From Haliea sp. (lineage in GTDB: Bacteria > Pseudomonadota > Gammaproteobacteria > Pseudomonadales > Halieaceae), in contig JANQUV010000066.1 in NCBI GenBank assembly GCA_030730585.1, forward strand, positions 1,268 to 65,267: DNA of 64,000 bases. The letters are read 5' to 3'. The position numbers and the translations under genes were made by a program. A model generated the notes under the pieces. That model worked only from the letters and a program-made list of their open reading frames with translations, was not told where the DNA came from and ran no database searches. Of this stretch, positions 28,840 through 37,740 are shown piece after piece. Every line of letters starts with the position of its first letter. Position 1 is the first letter of the stretch.

Positions 28840-29925
28840 TTATTCGTTGATCACTTTGCGCGGGATACGGGCGGGCATGCGGGTCAACAACTCGTAGCCA
28901 GTGGTGGCTGCATGTTGCGCCACTTCGCCCACCGGAAGACCTTGTCCCCAAAGGGTTACCGGGTCGCCAATGGCGACAGGGGGCAGGTCTGTGACATCAA
29001 CGGTAATCATGTCCATTGAGACGCGTCCAGCCAGCGGTGCACGCAGGCCGTTAACCAACACAGGGGTTCCATTCTGAGCGCTGCGTGGGTAGCCATCGCC
29101 GTAGCCGACGGTGATGGTGGCGATGCGTGAGGCCCGCGTGGCGCACCAGTTGGCACCGTAGCCAACGCACTCTCCAGCGGCAATGTCGCGCATTGAAATC
29201 ACGCGCGATCTTAGCGCCATTACCGGGCGCAAGCAGTCTGCTTGCGCGTGTGGTGTGGTGAAAGGCGAGTTACCCCAGAGCATGAAACCAGGACGAATCC
29301 ACTCATAGTGGCTCCGCGGCCAAGCCAGCGTAGCGGGTGAATTGGCGGCGCTACGTGCTCCCCCCAAGCCACTCGTCAGCTGCTCAAAGTCGGTGATTTG
29401 TTGCTCCGTGGCGGGGTGCCTCAAGTCGTCCGCGCAGGCAAAATGTGTGGTCAACACCGGCGCCGCAGCAAGTTTCCCGCAGGCTAAAAGCCGCCGGTGG
29501 AAATCACCCACCTGTTCGGGCGTAACGCCCAGTCGGTGCATGCCGGTGTCGATTTTCAGCCAGCAGTGTACCGGGGCCGGCAGGGGAGTTTGTTCGAGCC
29601 AAGCAAGCTGTGTGGCATTGTCGATGGTCAGCCACAGTTGCTCCTGCGCGGCCAGGGTTAACTCCTGCTGCTCAAAAACTCCCTGGAGTAGCAGGATCGG
29701 GCAGCGTATGCCAGCAGAGCGCAGTTCCATAGCCTCTTCCAGGCAGGCAACTGCCAGTGCTTCGGTCAGAGGCTCCAGCGCGCGCGCCATGAGCACGGCG
29801 CCATGGCCGTAGGCATTGGCCTTCACTACCGCCATCAGCTTCGCCGTGGGTGCGAGGGCGCGGGCCAGCGCCACATTGTGTCGCAGCGCCGACAGATCCA
29901 GCAGCGCTTCGCTAGGACGCGACAT
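28840..29925 (-). CDS. alr: Alanine racemase
   Basis: PLP-lysine motif AVVKANAYGHGA and the typical C-terminal barrel. The start overlaps the dat stop (TAATG). Confidence 0.92.
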   Translation of the reverse strand: MSRPSEALLDLSALRHNVALARALAPTAKLMAVVKANAYGHGAVLMARALEPLTEALAVACLEEAMELRSAGIRCPILLLQGVFEQQELTLAAQEQLWLTIDNATQLAWLEQTPLPAPVHCWLKIDTGMHRLGVTPEQVGDFHRRLLACGKLAAAPVLTTHFACADDLRHPATEQQITDFEQLTSGLGGARSAANSPATLAWPRSHYEWIRPGFMLWGNSPFTTPHAQADCLRPVMALRSRVISMRDIAAGECVGYGANWCATRASRIATITVGYGDGYPRSAQNGTPVLVNGLRAPLAGRVSMDMITVDVTDLPPVAIGDPVTLWGQGLPVGEVAQHAATTGYELLTRMPARIPRKVINE

Positions 29926-30782
29926 TAGTAGTCATACCGGTGCTCCGTAAACAGTGTTTGTGCTGCCAGCCAGACATCGCCGACCTGGCCGTCACCCACG
30001 GGGTGGTCATCAATGCACACAACCGGCGCCACTTCTTTGCTGGAGCTGGTTAGCCAGACTTCATCGGCATTGCGGACTTCTTGCAGCGTGACGATGCGTT
30101 CCGCTACCGGGATGTCGCTGTGCTTGCGCAGCATATCCAACAGCATCAGACGCGTAATCCCCGGCAATTTTTGGTTGTCCAGCGGGGGCGTTGCCACGCA
30201 GCCGTCCTTAACAATGAACACATTGCAGGCCGCGGCCTCGGTTAACTCTCCTGCATCGTTAAACAGCAGTGTTTCGTCGTGCCCGCGACTGTGGCCTTGC
30301 TGGTAATGCATGACGTTTCCGAGCAAGGCAGTGGATTTGATGTTGCAGCGGCGCCAGCGCAAATCGTCTGCCGTGGATACCTTGAAGCAACGTGCGCGAG
30401 CCTTGTCTGGCTCCGGGGCCGGCCCAATATCGAAGGCGAAGGCATAGCGCGTGGGGCTCACGTTTTCTGGGTAAGCGTGATTGCGGCGTGTGTCGGCTCC
30501 GCGGCTGACATGGAAATAGAGGCCCAGGTTGCCGCCGCCGTTTCGTTCCATCAGCTCGTTAGCGATGTCTCGCCACTCGCTGTCATCAAGCGTCAGCTTG
30601 AGTTCCAGTGCATCCAGGCCCTGCTGCATCCGTTGCAAGTGCGGCCTAAATCCCACCAGCTTCCCGTGGTAAGAGGGAACCACTTCATAAATACCGTCGC
30701 CAAACAAAAAGCCGCGGTCCATGGGGGATATGCGCGCCTCAGCCATGGGCAGGTAGGCGCCGTTGAGATACACGATAGTCAT
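29925..30782 (-). CDS. dat: D-amino-acid (D-alanine) aminotransferase, fold-type IV
   Basis: NGAYLPMAEARISPMDRGFLFGDGIYEV and the class IV aminotransferase layout. Length about 285 aa, typical of Dat. Confidence 0.8.
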   Translation of the reverse strand: MTIVYLNGAYLPMAEARISPMDRGFLFGDGIYEVVPSYHGKLVGFRPHLQRMQQGLDALELKLTLDDSEWRDIANELMERNGGGNLGLYFHVSRGADTRRNHAYPENVSPTRYAFAFDIGPAPEPDKARARCFKVSTADDLRWRRCNIKSTALLGNVMHYQQGHSRGHDETLLFNDAGELTEAAACNVFIVKDGCVATPPLDNQKLPGITRLMLLDMLRKHSDIPVAERIVTLQEVRNADEVWLTSSSKEVAPVVCIDDHPVGDGQVGDVWLAAQTLFTEHRYDY

Positions 30783-30813
30783 GACGGTTCCTTATCGCAG
30801 AGTTCATTAAAAT

Positions 30814-31668
30814 TCATGCTTGCGTCTCCCAGAATCCCGTGAGGATGCGCAGCTCACGTATCACCGCTTCGCTCTCTGATGGGGGCAAGCCGTCCTCCGT
30901 GAGCGTGTTTTGACGTGTCACGCCGTCAACACTGCCACGCTCCGAGAGGTAACGGAGGGTTTCCATGGGTGAGAATTCAGCCAGTAAATCACGCTGGGCC
31001 CAAAGGCCCAAAAAGGCGAGCAGGCCATAGGCTCCCCAGTTGGATACGTCGGCGACGAGCAGCTCATCGCAACAGGTCGTTGCCACGTCTATGTCGAGCT
31101 CGGAGAGGGCGTCGGCAATGTTACCCATGCCAATTTCGTTGCCTCCGTCGCCAATAGCCAGAGTAGGACATTTCGCCAGCGTCATAAAAGGGTCAAACAC
31201 GCCGCACCCTGCGCTGATATCTTCGCCGCGCATATTGTAGTAACGCCCATCGTCGGCCATGCCGGGGCGCTCAATCGAAATGATTGCGCCCGGTTGGTTG
31301 GCTTCAAGCCATTCCGTCGCGCTGTACGACCCGTCATCTGCAGGGTCCCGCTCCAGCGGCAGGATGCGATAGGCGCTTTCGAGGACCTGTGCCAACGGTG
31401 TGGCGCAGGCAATGACCGGGCGCGCGCCCAGTGCCTGTAGCGCCTGATACAGGGCAATGGCGCCCACTGGGCCGTCGGTTTCAAAGGTGCCCGCGACCGG
31501 GAATCCGGTGCCAATTAGCACGGTGCCGGTGAGACCTCGCAGCTGCTGCGCGGCCCGCAGGTAATAGCCTGGTTTGAGAGCAGCGCGTGCCACCTGCATA
31601 TTGCGAGGATTACGCGCGACTAATAAAGCTTCGATCGCTTCGCTTAGTACTTGTTCATCCACGGTCAT
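30814..31668 (-). CDS. DUF4392 domain protein (D-glutamate-cyclase-associated domain)
   Basis: GTGFPVAGTFETDGPVGAIALYQAL and GDGGNEIGMGN motifs are typical of DUF4392. I prefer ATG 31668 (ATGA overlap with the pxpC stop). An alternative ATG lies at 31713. Confidence 0.65.
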   Translation of the reverse strand: MTVDEQVLSEAIEALLVARNPRNMQVARAALKPGYYLRAAQQLRGLTGTVLIGTGFPVAGTFETDGPVGAIALYQALQALGARPVIACATPLAQVLESAYRILPLERDPADDGSYSATEWLEANQPGAIISIERPGMADDGRYYNMRGEDISAGCGVFDPFMTLAKCPTLAIGDGGNEIGMGNIADALSELDIDVATTCCDELLVADVSNWGAYGLLAFLGLWAQRDLLAEFSPMETLRYLSERGSVDGVTRQNTLTEDGLPPSESEAVIRELRILTGFWETQA

Positions 31669-32609
31669 GCGTCCTCGGCTAACGGGTGTAGCGGCAGGTT
31701 TTGCAATCGCCATTGCTGTAGATGCAGCACGTTATGGGCGGTTTGTGAGGTAATTGCAGCAAAGTGCACAGTGCCACCGGGTATGAGCTGTGACATGCGT
31801 GCGGCATCCACCGACAGCGCTGCTCCGAGCTTGGGGTAGCCGCCAATGGTTTGGCGGTCGTTCAGCAAGACAATCGGTTGACCATCCGCAGGGACCTGAA
31901 TAGCACCGAAACAGATGCCTTCAGAAACAATGCCTTGAATATCGCACGCGATGGCAGGCCCTTCAAGGCAGTATCCCATGCGGTCGGCCCGTTGCGAAAT
32001 GGTCCACGGGCTACTGAAAAAACGACGTTGCTGCAACGGGGGAAAGTGTCCATGTTGGTAGCCCAGCACCACCCTCACGGTCGTCTGTGTGGTGTATTTG
32101 GGCCTTGCTCCTGGGGCCAGCTGCAGGCGCTGGCGGCGTGTCTGCGTGGCACAGGGTAGCAGGTCACCCGGCGCCAGCTTGCTGCCGTTTAGCCCGCCAA
32201 TACCTTCGCGCAGAACGCAGGCGGTACTGCCAAACTGGGGCGCAACGGTGAAGCCGCCCGCAACGCCTACGTAGCTGCGACAGCCGCGCTCGGCGCGACC
32301 AAGCCGAATATGGTCCCCCGGGCGCACACGATGGGTGGTCCAGAGGTCTTTTGGCTGATCGTTGATGTGCAACGCGACGTGTGCGCCGGTAACGCACAGC
32401 AGGGTTTCAGTTTGGGCATCGAGTTCCAGCCCGCCGAAGCTGCACTCAATGAGCGTGCAGTCTGGCGTGTTGCCGAGCAGGCGCTGGCAGATCAGGAAAG
32501 CTTCCAGATCCATAGGGCCGCCGGTGGTCAGGCCTAGATGATGTTGCCCGAAGCGCCCGCGGTCTTGCAGCAGACTGAGTAGCCCCGGTTGGCGCACGAA
32601 CACGCTCAC
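31665..32609 (-). CDS. pxpC: 5-oxoprolinase subunit C (KipA / allophanate hydrolase subunit 2 family)
   Basis: VRQPGLLSLLQDRGRFGQHHLGLTTGGPMD N-terminus. GTGA overlap with the pxpB stop. Confidence 0.88.
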   Translation of the reverse strand: MSVFVRQPGLLSLLQDRGRFGQHHLGLTTGGPMDLEAFLICQRLLGNTPDCTLIECSFGGLELDAQTETLLCVTGAHVALHINDQPKDLWTTHRVRPGDHIRLGRAERGCRSYVGVAGGFTVAPQFGSTACVLREGIGGLNGSKLAPGDLLPCATQTRRQRLQLAPGARPKYTTQTTVRVVLGYQHGHFPPLQQRRFFSSPWTISQRADRMGYCLEGPAIACDIQGIVSEGICFGAIQVPADGQPIVLLNDRQTIGGYPKLGAALSVDAARMSQLIPGGTVHFAAITSQTAHNVLHLQQWRLQNLPLHPLAEDA

Positions 32610-33304
32610 GGTAGCACTCCACCCAAGTGCAAAAAGTGCTGGCGGTCAATGGGCATAAAACACACCCGGTCGCCCACCGCAATGGGCATGGAAGGGCTTT
32701 GCGCGGGGTCAAACAGCCGCTGAGGGCAATTGCCGATCAAATTCCAACCGCCAGGTGAGGCCGCGGGGTAGACCGCGGTTTGACGGTCGGCTATGGCCAC
32801 TGAGCCTCGTGGCACGCGTTGGCGAGGCGTTGCCAGGCGGGGTGCGGCAATGCGGCTATCGACATGCCCGAGATAGGCAAAGCCGGGCGCGAACCCTATT
32901 GCGTACACGGTGTACGCAGTCGCGCTGTGCAGCCTGATCACTTCCTCGATCGTGAGGCCTGACTTGCGCGCCAGCTGTTCCAGATCGGCGCCGGATTCGG
33001 TGCTGTAATACACCGGTAGAATGACATCGCGGCCACTGGTGTTTTTGTCGGCAGCATCGATTTGGTGGCGCAATCCCCGCAGCCGACGGAGTACGCTGAA
33101 GTGATCGGTGCGCAAAGCATCGTAGATGACCAGCAGTGATGAATAGGAGGGAATGAGGTCGATCAGGTCATCCTGCAGGACTTCGCGCGCCGCGTGCGCG
33201 GCGGCCTGCACTTGAGCCGCTTCACGTGGGCCAACGGTGATCTCCGCAGTTTCGTCGGCGAACGAGATCAGTATGGCATTTTCACCCGCGTGTCTGAGCT
33301 CCAT
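32606..33304 (-). CDS. pxpB: 5-oxoprolinase subunit B (KipI / allophanate hydrolase subunit 1 family)
   Basis: Typical size, and motifs VYAIGFAPGFAYLG and PRLATPRQRVPRGSVAIADRQTAVYP. Confidence 0.88.
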   Translation of the reverse strand: MELRHAGENAILISFADETAEITVGPREAAQVQAAAHAAREVLQDDLIDLIPSYSSLLVIYDALRTDHFSVLRRLRGLRHQIDAADKNTSGRDVILPVYYSTESGADLEQLARKSGLTIEEVIRLHSATAYTVYAIGFAPGFAYLGHVDSRIAAPRLATPRQRVPRGSVAIADRQTAVYPAASPGGWNLIGNCPQRLFDPAQSPSMPIAVGDRVCFMPIDRQHFLHLGGVLP

Positions 33305-33309
33305 GGCAT

Positions 33310-34044
33310 TCAGCCCTGGCCAGAGATCAACTGGCGGATCGTTTGAATTGCGTTAACGCCTTCAGAGTTGTCGCCATGCACACACAGCGTGTCAACGCTC
33401 AACTGCAGCCGCTTGCCGTTGCGGGTGGTGATACTGCCGTCAGCACAGAGTTGCTGCACCTGCGCGAGCATGCGCTCGCGCCCGTGTACAGCGCCAGGTT
33501 GTTGTCGTGAGAGCAAGCGACCGTCGTCGTCATAGCAACGGTCGGCGAAGGCCTCAAACAATAGTGACAAGCCCTGTTGCCGGGCTTCATCCCGGTGTAG
33601 CTCGCATTCTGGTGTAGCCTGCAGCATCAATGCCAAGGGCCTGTGGTAGTCAGCTATGCTGCGCATAACCACGGAGCGCACGCGGGCGTCCGCCATCATG
33701 TCGTTATACAGTGCGCCATGCGGTTTCACGTAAGCGATGTGCAGGCCATGGCAGGCGGCCATGCCGTCCAATGCAGCCACCTGATAGCGCAAGCTACTGC
33801 CGAGTTCGTCATCGCTCAATGCCATGCTGCGACGTCCAAAGCCGACCAGGTCGGGGTAGGCCGGGTGCGCACCTGGCGTGACACCGTGTTGTGCTGCCAA
33901 AGCGAGCGTGCGGTCGATGGTCAGTGGGTCGCCCGCATGAAACCCGCAAGCGATGTTGGCTTGGTCGATGTGCGGCATAACGGCGTTGTCCATGCCCACA
34001 CGCCAGCTTCCGAAACTTTCGCCAAGATCACAGTTGAGCAGCAT
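33310..34044 (-). CDS. pxpA: 5-oxoprolinase subunit A (LamB/YcsF family)
   Basis: MLLNCDLGESFG...NIACGFHAGDP...VKPHGALYN are signature LamB/YcsF motifs. Confidence 0.92.
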   Translation of the reverse strand: MLLNCDLGESFGSWRVGMDNAVMPHIDQANIACGFHAGDPLTIDRTLALAAQHGVTPGAHPAYPDLVGFGRRSMALSDDELGSSLRYQVAALDGMAACHGLHIAYVKPHGALYNDMMADARVRSVVMRSIADYHRPLALMLQATPECELHRDEARQQGLSLLFEAFADRCYDDDGRLLSRQQPGAVHGRERMLAQVQQLCADGSITTRNGKRLQLSVDTLCVHGDNSEGVNAIQTIRQLISGQG

Positions 34045-34077
34045 GCTGGAGGTGTCCTTTCGCGTTGGTCGGACGTT

Positions 34078-34863
34078 CTAAAATATGGCCAGCTGGCTAT
34101 TGCGCAGGTCGGTGACGAGCATGCAGCCGGGGCTATGAGTGATCGCAAGCGGTGGTTTCGCGTGTTCCATCGCCACTTGGGGAGTGACCCCACAGGCCCA
34201 GAATACCGGCAATTCGCCGTCCGCAATAGTGACTGCATCACCGTAATCGGGCTGGTTGATGTCGGTAATGCCGATCAGATTCGGGTCGCCGAGGTGGACG
34301 GGAGCACCGTGCACAGCCGGGAAGCGGGTACAGATCTGGATAGCGCGAATGGCATCAGCAGCCCGCATCGGGCGCATGCTGACCACCATATTGCCGGAGA
34401 AAGGCCCGGCAGCAATACAGGGGAGGTTGCTGCGATACATGGGAACGTTCACACCCTCGGAAATGTTGCGCACCTCGAGCCCGTCGGCGATAAGCGCTTC
34501 CTCAAAAGAGAACGAGCAGCCCAAGGCGAAAGTGACCAGATCCTGCTGCCATACGGCGTGCAGGTCAGTGCATTCCCCCTGTAGCAGGCCATCGCGGAAC
34601 ACCCGGTAGCGTGGCACGTCGGTGCGAATATCGATGCCTCCCAAGCGCGGTAAGCCGGGATCTCCAGGCTGCTCCGAAACGGCCAACAGCGGGCAGGGCT
34701 TGGGGTTGGCCTGGCAGAAGCGGAGAAAGTCGTGCGCCCAGGTTTGCGGCAGGATAACGATATTGCACTGCACGAAGCCCGCTGCCTGCCCCGACGTATT
34801 GCCGTCGTGCTCGCCGTCGCGAATGCGCTGGCGCAGTGCTGCAGGAGTTGACCCAGTGTGCAT
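34078..34863 (-). CDS. DUF1445 putative hydro-lyase (D-glutamate cyclase-type domain)
   Basis: [53 protein letters not shown] matches the UPF0317/DUF1445 N-terminus. It is the first gene of the operon. Confidence 0.75.
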   Translation of the reverse strand: MHTGSTPAALRQRIRDGEHDGNTSGQAAGFVQCNIVILPQTWAHDFLRFCQANPKPCPLLAVSEQPGDPGLPRLGGIDIRTDVPRYRVFRDGLLQGECTDLHAVWQQDLVTFALGCSFSFEEALIADGLEVRNISEGVNVPMYRSNLPCIAAGPFSGNMVVSMRPMRAADAIRAIQICTRFPAVHGAPVHLGDPNLIGITDINQPDYGDAVTIADGELPVFWACGVTPQVAMEHAKPPLAITHSPGCMLVTDLRNSQLAIF

Positions 34864-34967
34864 GTGTGTCCTCTATGTGGCGCCAAACCTGTGAGATCGG
34901 CTGGAGGCCACGAGCGTAATCCCGGATAATAGGCGAATCGTTAGTGTCATCATAATGGATTCTCCTC

Positions 34968-35807
34968 ATGCTCGACCAGTTGTTACAGGTACTAACGCCG
35001 CGCCTTCTCAGCGAGGATGTGTTCGAGGCGGACAACATGCATCCCGATGCGCCTCGCGTGTTTGGTGGCCAAGTGTTGGCTCAGGCATTGCGCGCAGCGG
35101 CGGCCACGGTGCCTGTGGAGCGCGCCGTGCATTCACAGCATGCCTATTTTTTGCGCCCAGGCGACCCCGCGCAGGCGATCCGGCTGGAAGTAGACCGGGC
35201 ATTGGACGGGGGCAGCCTCAGTTCTCGAAGGGTGGTTGCGCTGCAGCGAGGCAAGCCAATCCTCGTGTGCTCTGTGTCATTCCAGAGCCACGGCGCAGGG
35301 GATGATTTTCAGCGCACAGCGCCCGATGTGCCACCGCCGGAAGGCCTGCACAGTGAACGGCAGCGCGCGCTGGAGGAGGGCAGTATGGACGATACCTTCC
35401 CGTTGCTGACCGGCACAGACCTGGATGTGCGTATGGTGACTCCGGTGGACTGGCTTAATCCGCGGCCGCTTCCTCCCTCGCTGTCTGCCTGGGTGAAAAC
35501 CAATGGCCCGGTCAACGAGGCCGATGCCGTGCATGCCAGCCTGCTCGCCTACTTCTCCGACACACTGCTGATTGACGTCTGCCTGGCGGCCACCGGTCGT
35601 TCCTACCTGCATAACGACCTGCAGTTGGCGAGCCTTGATCACGCCCTTTGGTTTCATGCTCCGGTGCGGGCAGATGAGTGGCTGTTGCATACGGTAGAGG
35701 CAGAGCGGGTGGGTGCAGGCCGTGGCCTCGCGTTCGGGCGCTTTTATAACCGCCAGGGTGTACTCGTCGCCTCCGCCGCGCAGCAGGGTTTAATGCGCCA
35801 GCGGTGA
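34968..35807 (+). CDS. tesB: Acyl-CoA thioesterase II
   Basis: RVFGGQVLAQALRAA..., a double hot-dog layout, LDHALWFH, and a C-terminal ...QEGLMR-like end typical of TesB. Confidence 0.88.
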   Translation: MLDQLLQVLTPRLLSEDVFEADNMHPDAPRVFGGQVLAQALRAAAATVPVERAVHSQHAYFLRPGDPAQAIRLEVDRALDGGSLSSRRVVALQRGKPILVCSVSFQSHGAGDDFQRTAPDVPPPEGLHSERQRALEEGSMDDTFPLLTGTDLDVRMVTPVDWLNPRPLPPSLSAWVKTNGPVNEADAVHASLLAYFSDTLLIDVCLAATGRSYLHNDLQLASLDHALWFHAPVRADEWLLHTVEAERVGAGRGLAFGRFYNRQGVLVASAAQQGLMRQR

Positions 35808-35877
35808 TGCGTTGCCTCCTTGCGAGTCGCGTCCTATGATGAGGTGTAATCACGCATAACTCTTTAAGGACTGTGAC

Positions 35878-37443
35878 ATGCCGCATCCCGCAATAACTGC
35901 CGAGACATATCCGCACAAGCCCGCCATTATCATGGGCGCCTCGGGCGAGATTGTGACCTATGCTGAGCTCGATGAGCGCAGCAACCAGGCCGCTCAGCTG
36001 TTTCGGGCCATGGGCCTGAAGACGGGCGACCATATCGGCATGATGCTGGTGAACTGCCGCCAGTTTTTAGAGATTTGCTGGGGCGCCCAGCGTGCTGGCT
36101 TAATCTTTACGCCGATCAGCACGCACCTGAAACGCGATGAGACTGCCTATATCCTCGAAAACTGCGGCGCTAAGCTGTTTATAGTCTCGCACGCGCTGGC
36201 CGCCGTAGCCGGTGAAATTCTCGCACTGGGTAACACCATCATCGAGAATTTTTACATGGTCGATGGTATTGCAGACGGCTATGAGTCGTGGGACGACAGC
36301 GTGGGCCTGCAGCCGGCGGAGCGCATTGCGGACGAAGCCAATGGCGTGCCCATGTTGTATTCCTCAGGCACCACCGGTAAGCCCAAAGGCGTATTTTTAC
36401 GCTCGGATAACGATGACGTGAATGCCCCGCATCCGCTCGCCGGCACCTTGGGCGCGGTGTTCGGGTTTGGTGAAGAAACCGTGTACCTGTCCCCCGCGCC
36501 GCTGTACCACGCCGCCCCGCTGCACTACAACATGATGACCCTGTTCCAGGGGGGCACCACGGTGGTGATGGAGAAGTTTGAGGCAGAGGCCGCCTTGGCG
36601 CTGATTGAGGAGCACCGGGCAACGCACAGCCAGTGGGTGCCTATTATGTTTGTGCGCATGCTGAAACTCCCGGAGGCGGTGCGCAGCAAATACGATATCA
36701 GCAGTATGCAGTTTGCCATCCATGCCGCGGCGCCCTGCCCGGTAGAGATCAAGGAGCAGATGATCAACTGGTGGGGCGAGGTTATTGTTGAATACTACGC
36801 GGCGAGTGAGGGCATTGGCATTACCATCATTGATTCCGCCAACTGGCTGACCCACAAGGGTTCGGTGGGGCCGTCACTGCTGGGTGCCGTGCACGTGGTA
36901 GACGACGACGGTAACGAGCTCCCGCCCGGCGAAATAGGCACGATTTACTTCAGTGGTGAACAGGCCCAATTCAATTACCACAACGAACCCGCGAAAACGG
37001 CAGAAGCCTTCAACGAACGCGGTTGGGCGACCACCGGTGATGTCGGTTACGTTGACCAGGATGGCTTCTTGTACCTTACCGACCGCAAGAACTTCATGAT
37101 TATCAGCGGCGGCGTGAACATCTACCCACAAGAAATTGAAAACCTGCTGATTACCCATCACAAGGTGGCGGACGTTGCGGTATTCGGTATCCCGCATGAG
37201 GAATTTGGCGAGGAAGTGAAAGCCGTGGTGCAGCCGATGAACTGGGCGGATGCTACCGACGAGGTGGCCATTGAGATCATGGAATGGCTGCGTGAGCGAC
37301 TCTCGCATATCAAACTGCCACGCTCCCTGGATTTCCATGAGGCGCTGCCGCGCATGGATAACGGTAAATTGTATAAGCGGCACTTGGTAGACGAATACCG
37401 GGGAGCCAACCGTGACCTGCCGACCCGCAAGAAAGATGAATAG
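35878..37443 (+). CDS. AMP-dependent acyl-CoA synthetase/ligase
   Basis: AMP-binding motif LYSSGTTGKPKGV, TGDVGYVDQDGFLYLTDRK, and the C-terminal lysine region GKLYKR. Confidence 0.88.
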   Translation: MPHPAITAETYPHKPAIIMGASGEIVTYAELDERSNQAAQLFRAMGLKTGDHIGMMLVNCRQFLEICWGAQRAGLIFTPISTHLKRDETAYILENCGAKLFIVSHALAAVAGEILALGNTIIENFYMVDGIADGYESWDDSVGLQPAERIADEANGVPMLYSSGTTGKPKGVFLRSDNDDVNAPHPLAGTLGAVFGFGEETVYLSPAPLYHAAPLHYNMMTLFQGGTTVVMEKFEAEAALALIEEHRATHSQWVPIMFVRMLKLPEAVRSKYDISSMQFAIHAAAPCPVEIKEQMINWWGEVIVEYYAASEGIGITIIDSANWLTHKGSVGPSLLGAVHVVDDDGNELPPGEIGTIYFSGEQAQFNYHNEPAKTAEAFNERGWATTGDVGYVDQDGFLYLTDRKNFMIISGGVNIYPQEIENLLITHHKVADVAVFGIPHEEFGEEVKAVVQPMNWADATDEVAIEIMEWLRERLSHIKLPRSLDFHEALPRMDNGKLYKRHLVDEYRGANRDLPTRKKDE

Positions 37444-37740
37444 TCCTTGCTGGGCGTGATGATGCTAGGCAGTGGAACCCGCTGGTCGCCGGCGGTGCGT
37501 AGGTGGTCGTTTTCCAGCGCTTCGCGAGTGAGCAGAAAGCCCGTGCTTGCGGGATAACTTTCTAACTGCGGCCATCAAGCGTAAAGCGGTTGACCTCGGC
37601 CTCGTCGAGTATCACCGTAAAGGTGTGGGCGCCAGCGGGTAAGAGAATTGATGCCCTGCTGGGTCTGTCCATTTTTAACCTATAATGGTGCAAATCTTTG
37701 CAGTATCCTTGGGTGAAGGTCCCCAAAAACGAGGTAGGTC

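Noticed and set aside
33643-34584. 313-aa plus-strand ORF.
   Set aside because: It is antisense to pxpA and the DUF1445 gene, both of which have strong family motifs. The translation is compositionally biased with no motifs. This is a typical long shadow ORF in GC-rich DNA.
37444-37740. 297-bp spacer before the patatin gene. It holds a 36-codon minus-strand ORF (37562-37672, MDRPSRASILLPAGAHTFTVILDEAEVNRFTLDGRS) and an apparently protein-like continuation in another frame.
   Set aside because: The continuation frame is simply open antisense to the acyl-CoA synthetase 3' end, and no family was recognised. It could be a gene remnant, but the evidence is too weak. A TATAAT at about 37682-37687 is a plausible -10 for the patatin gene.
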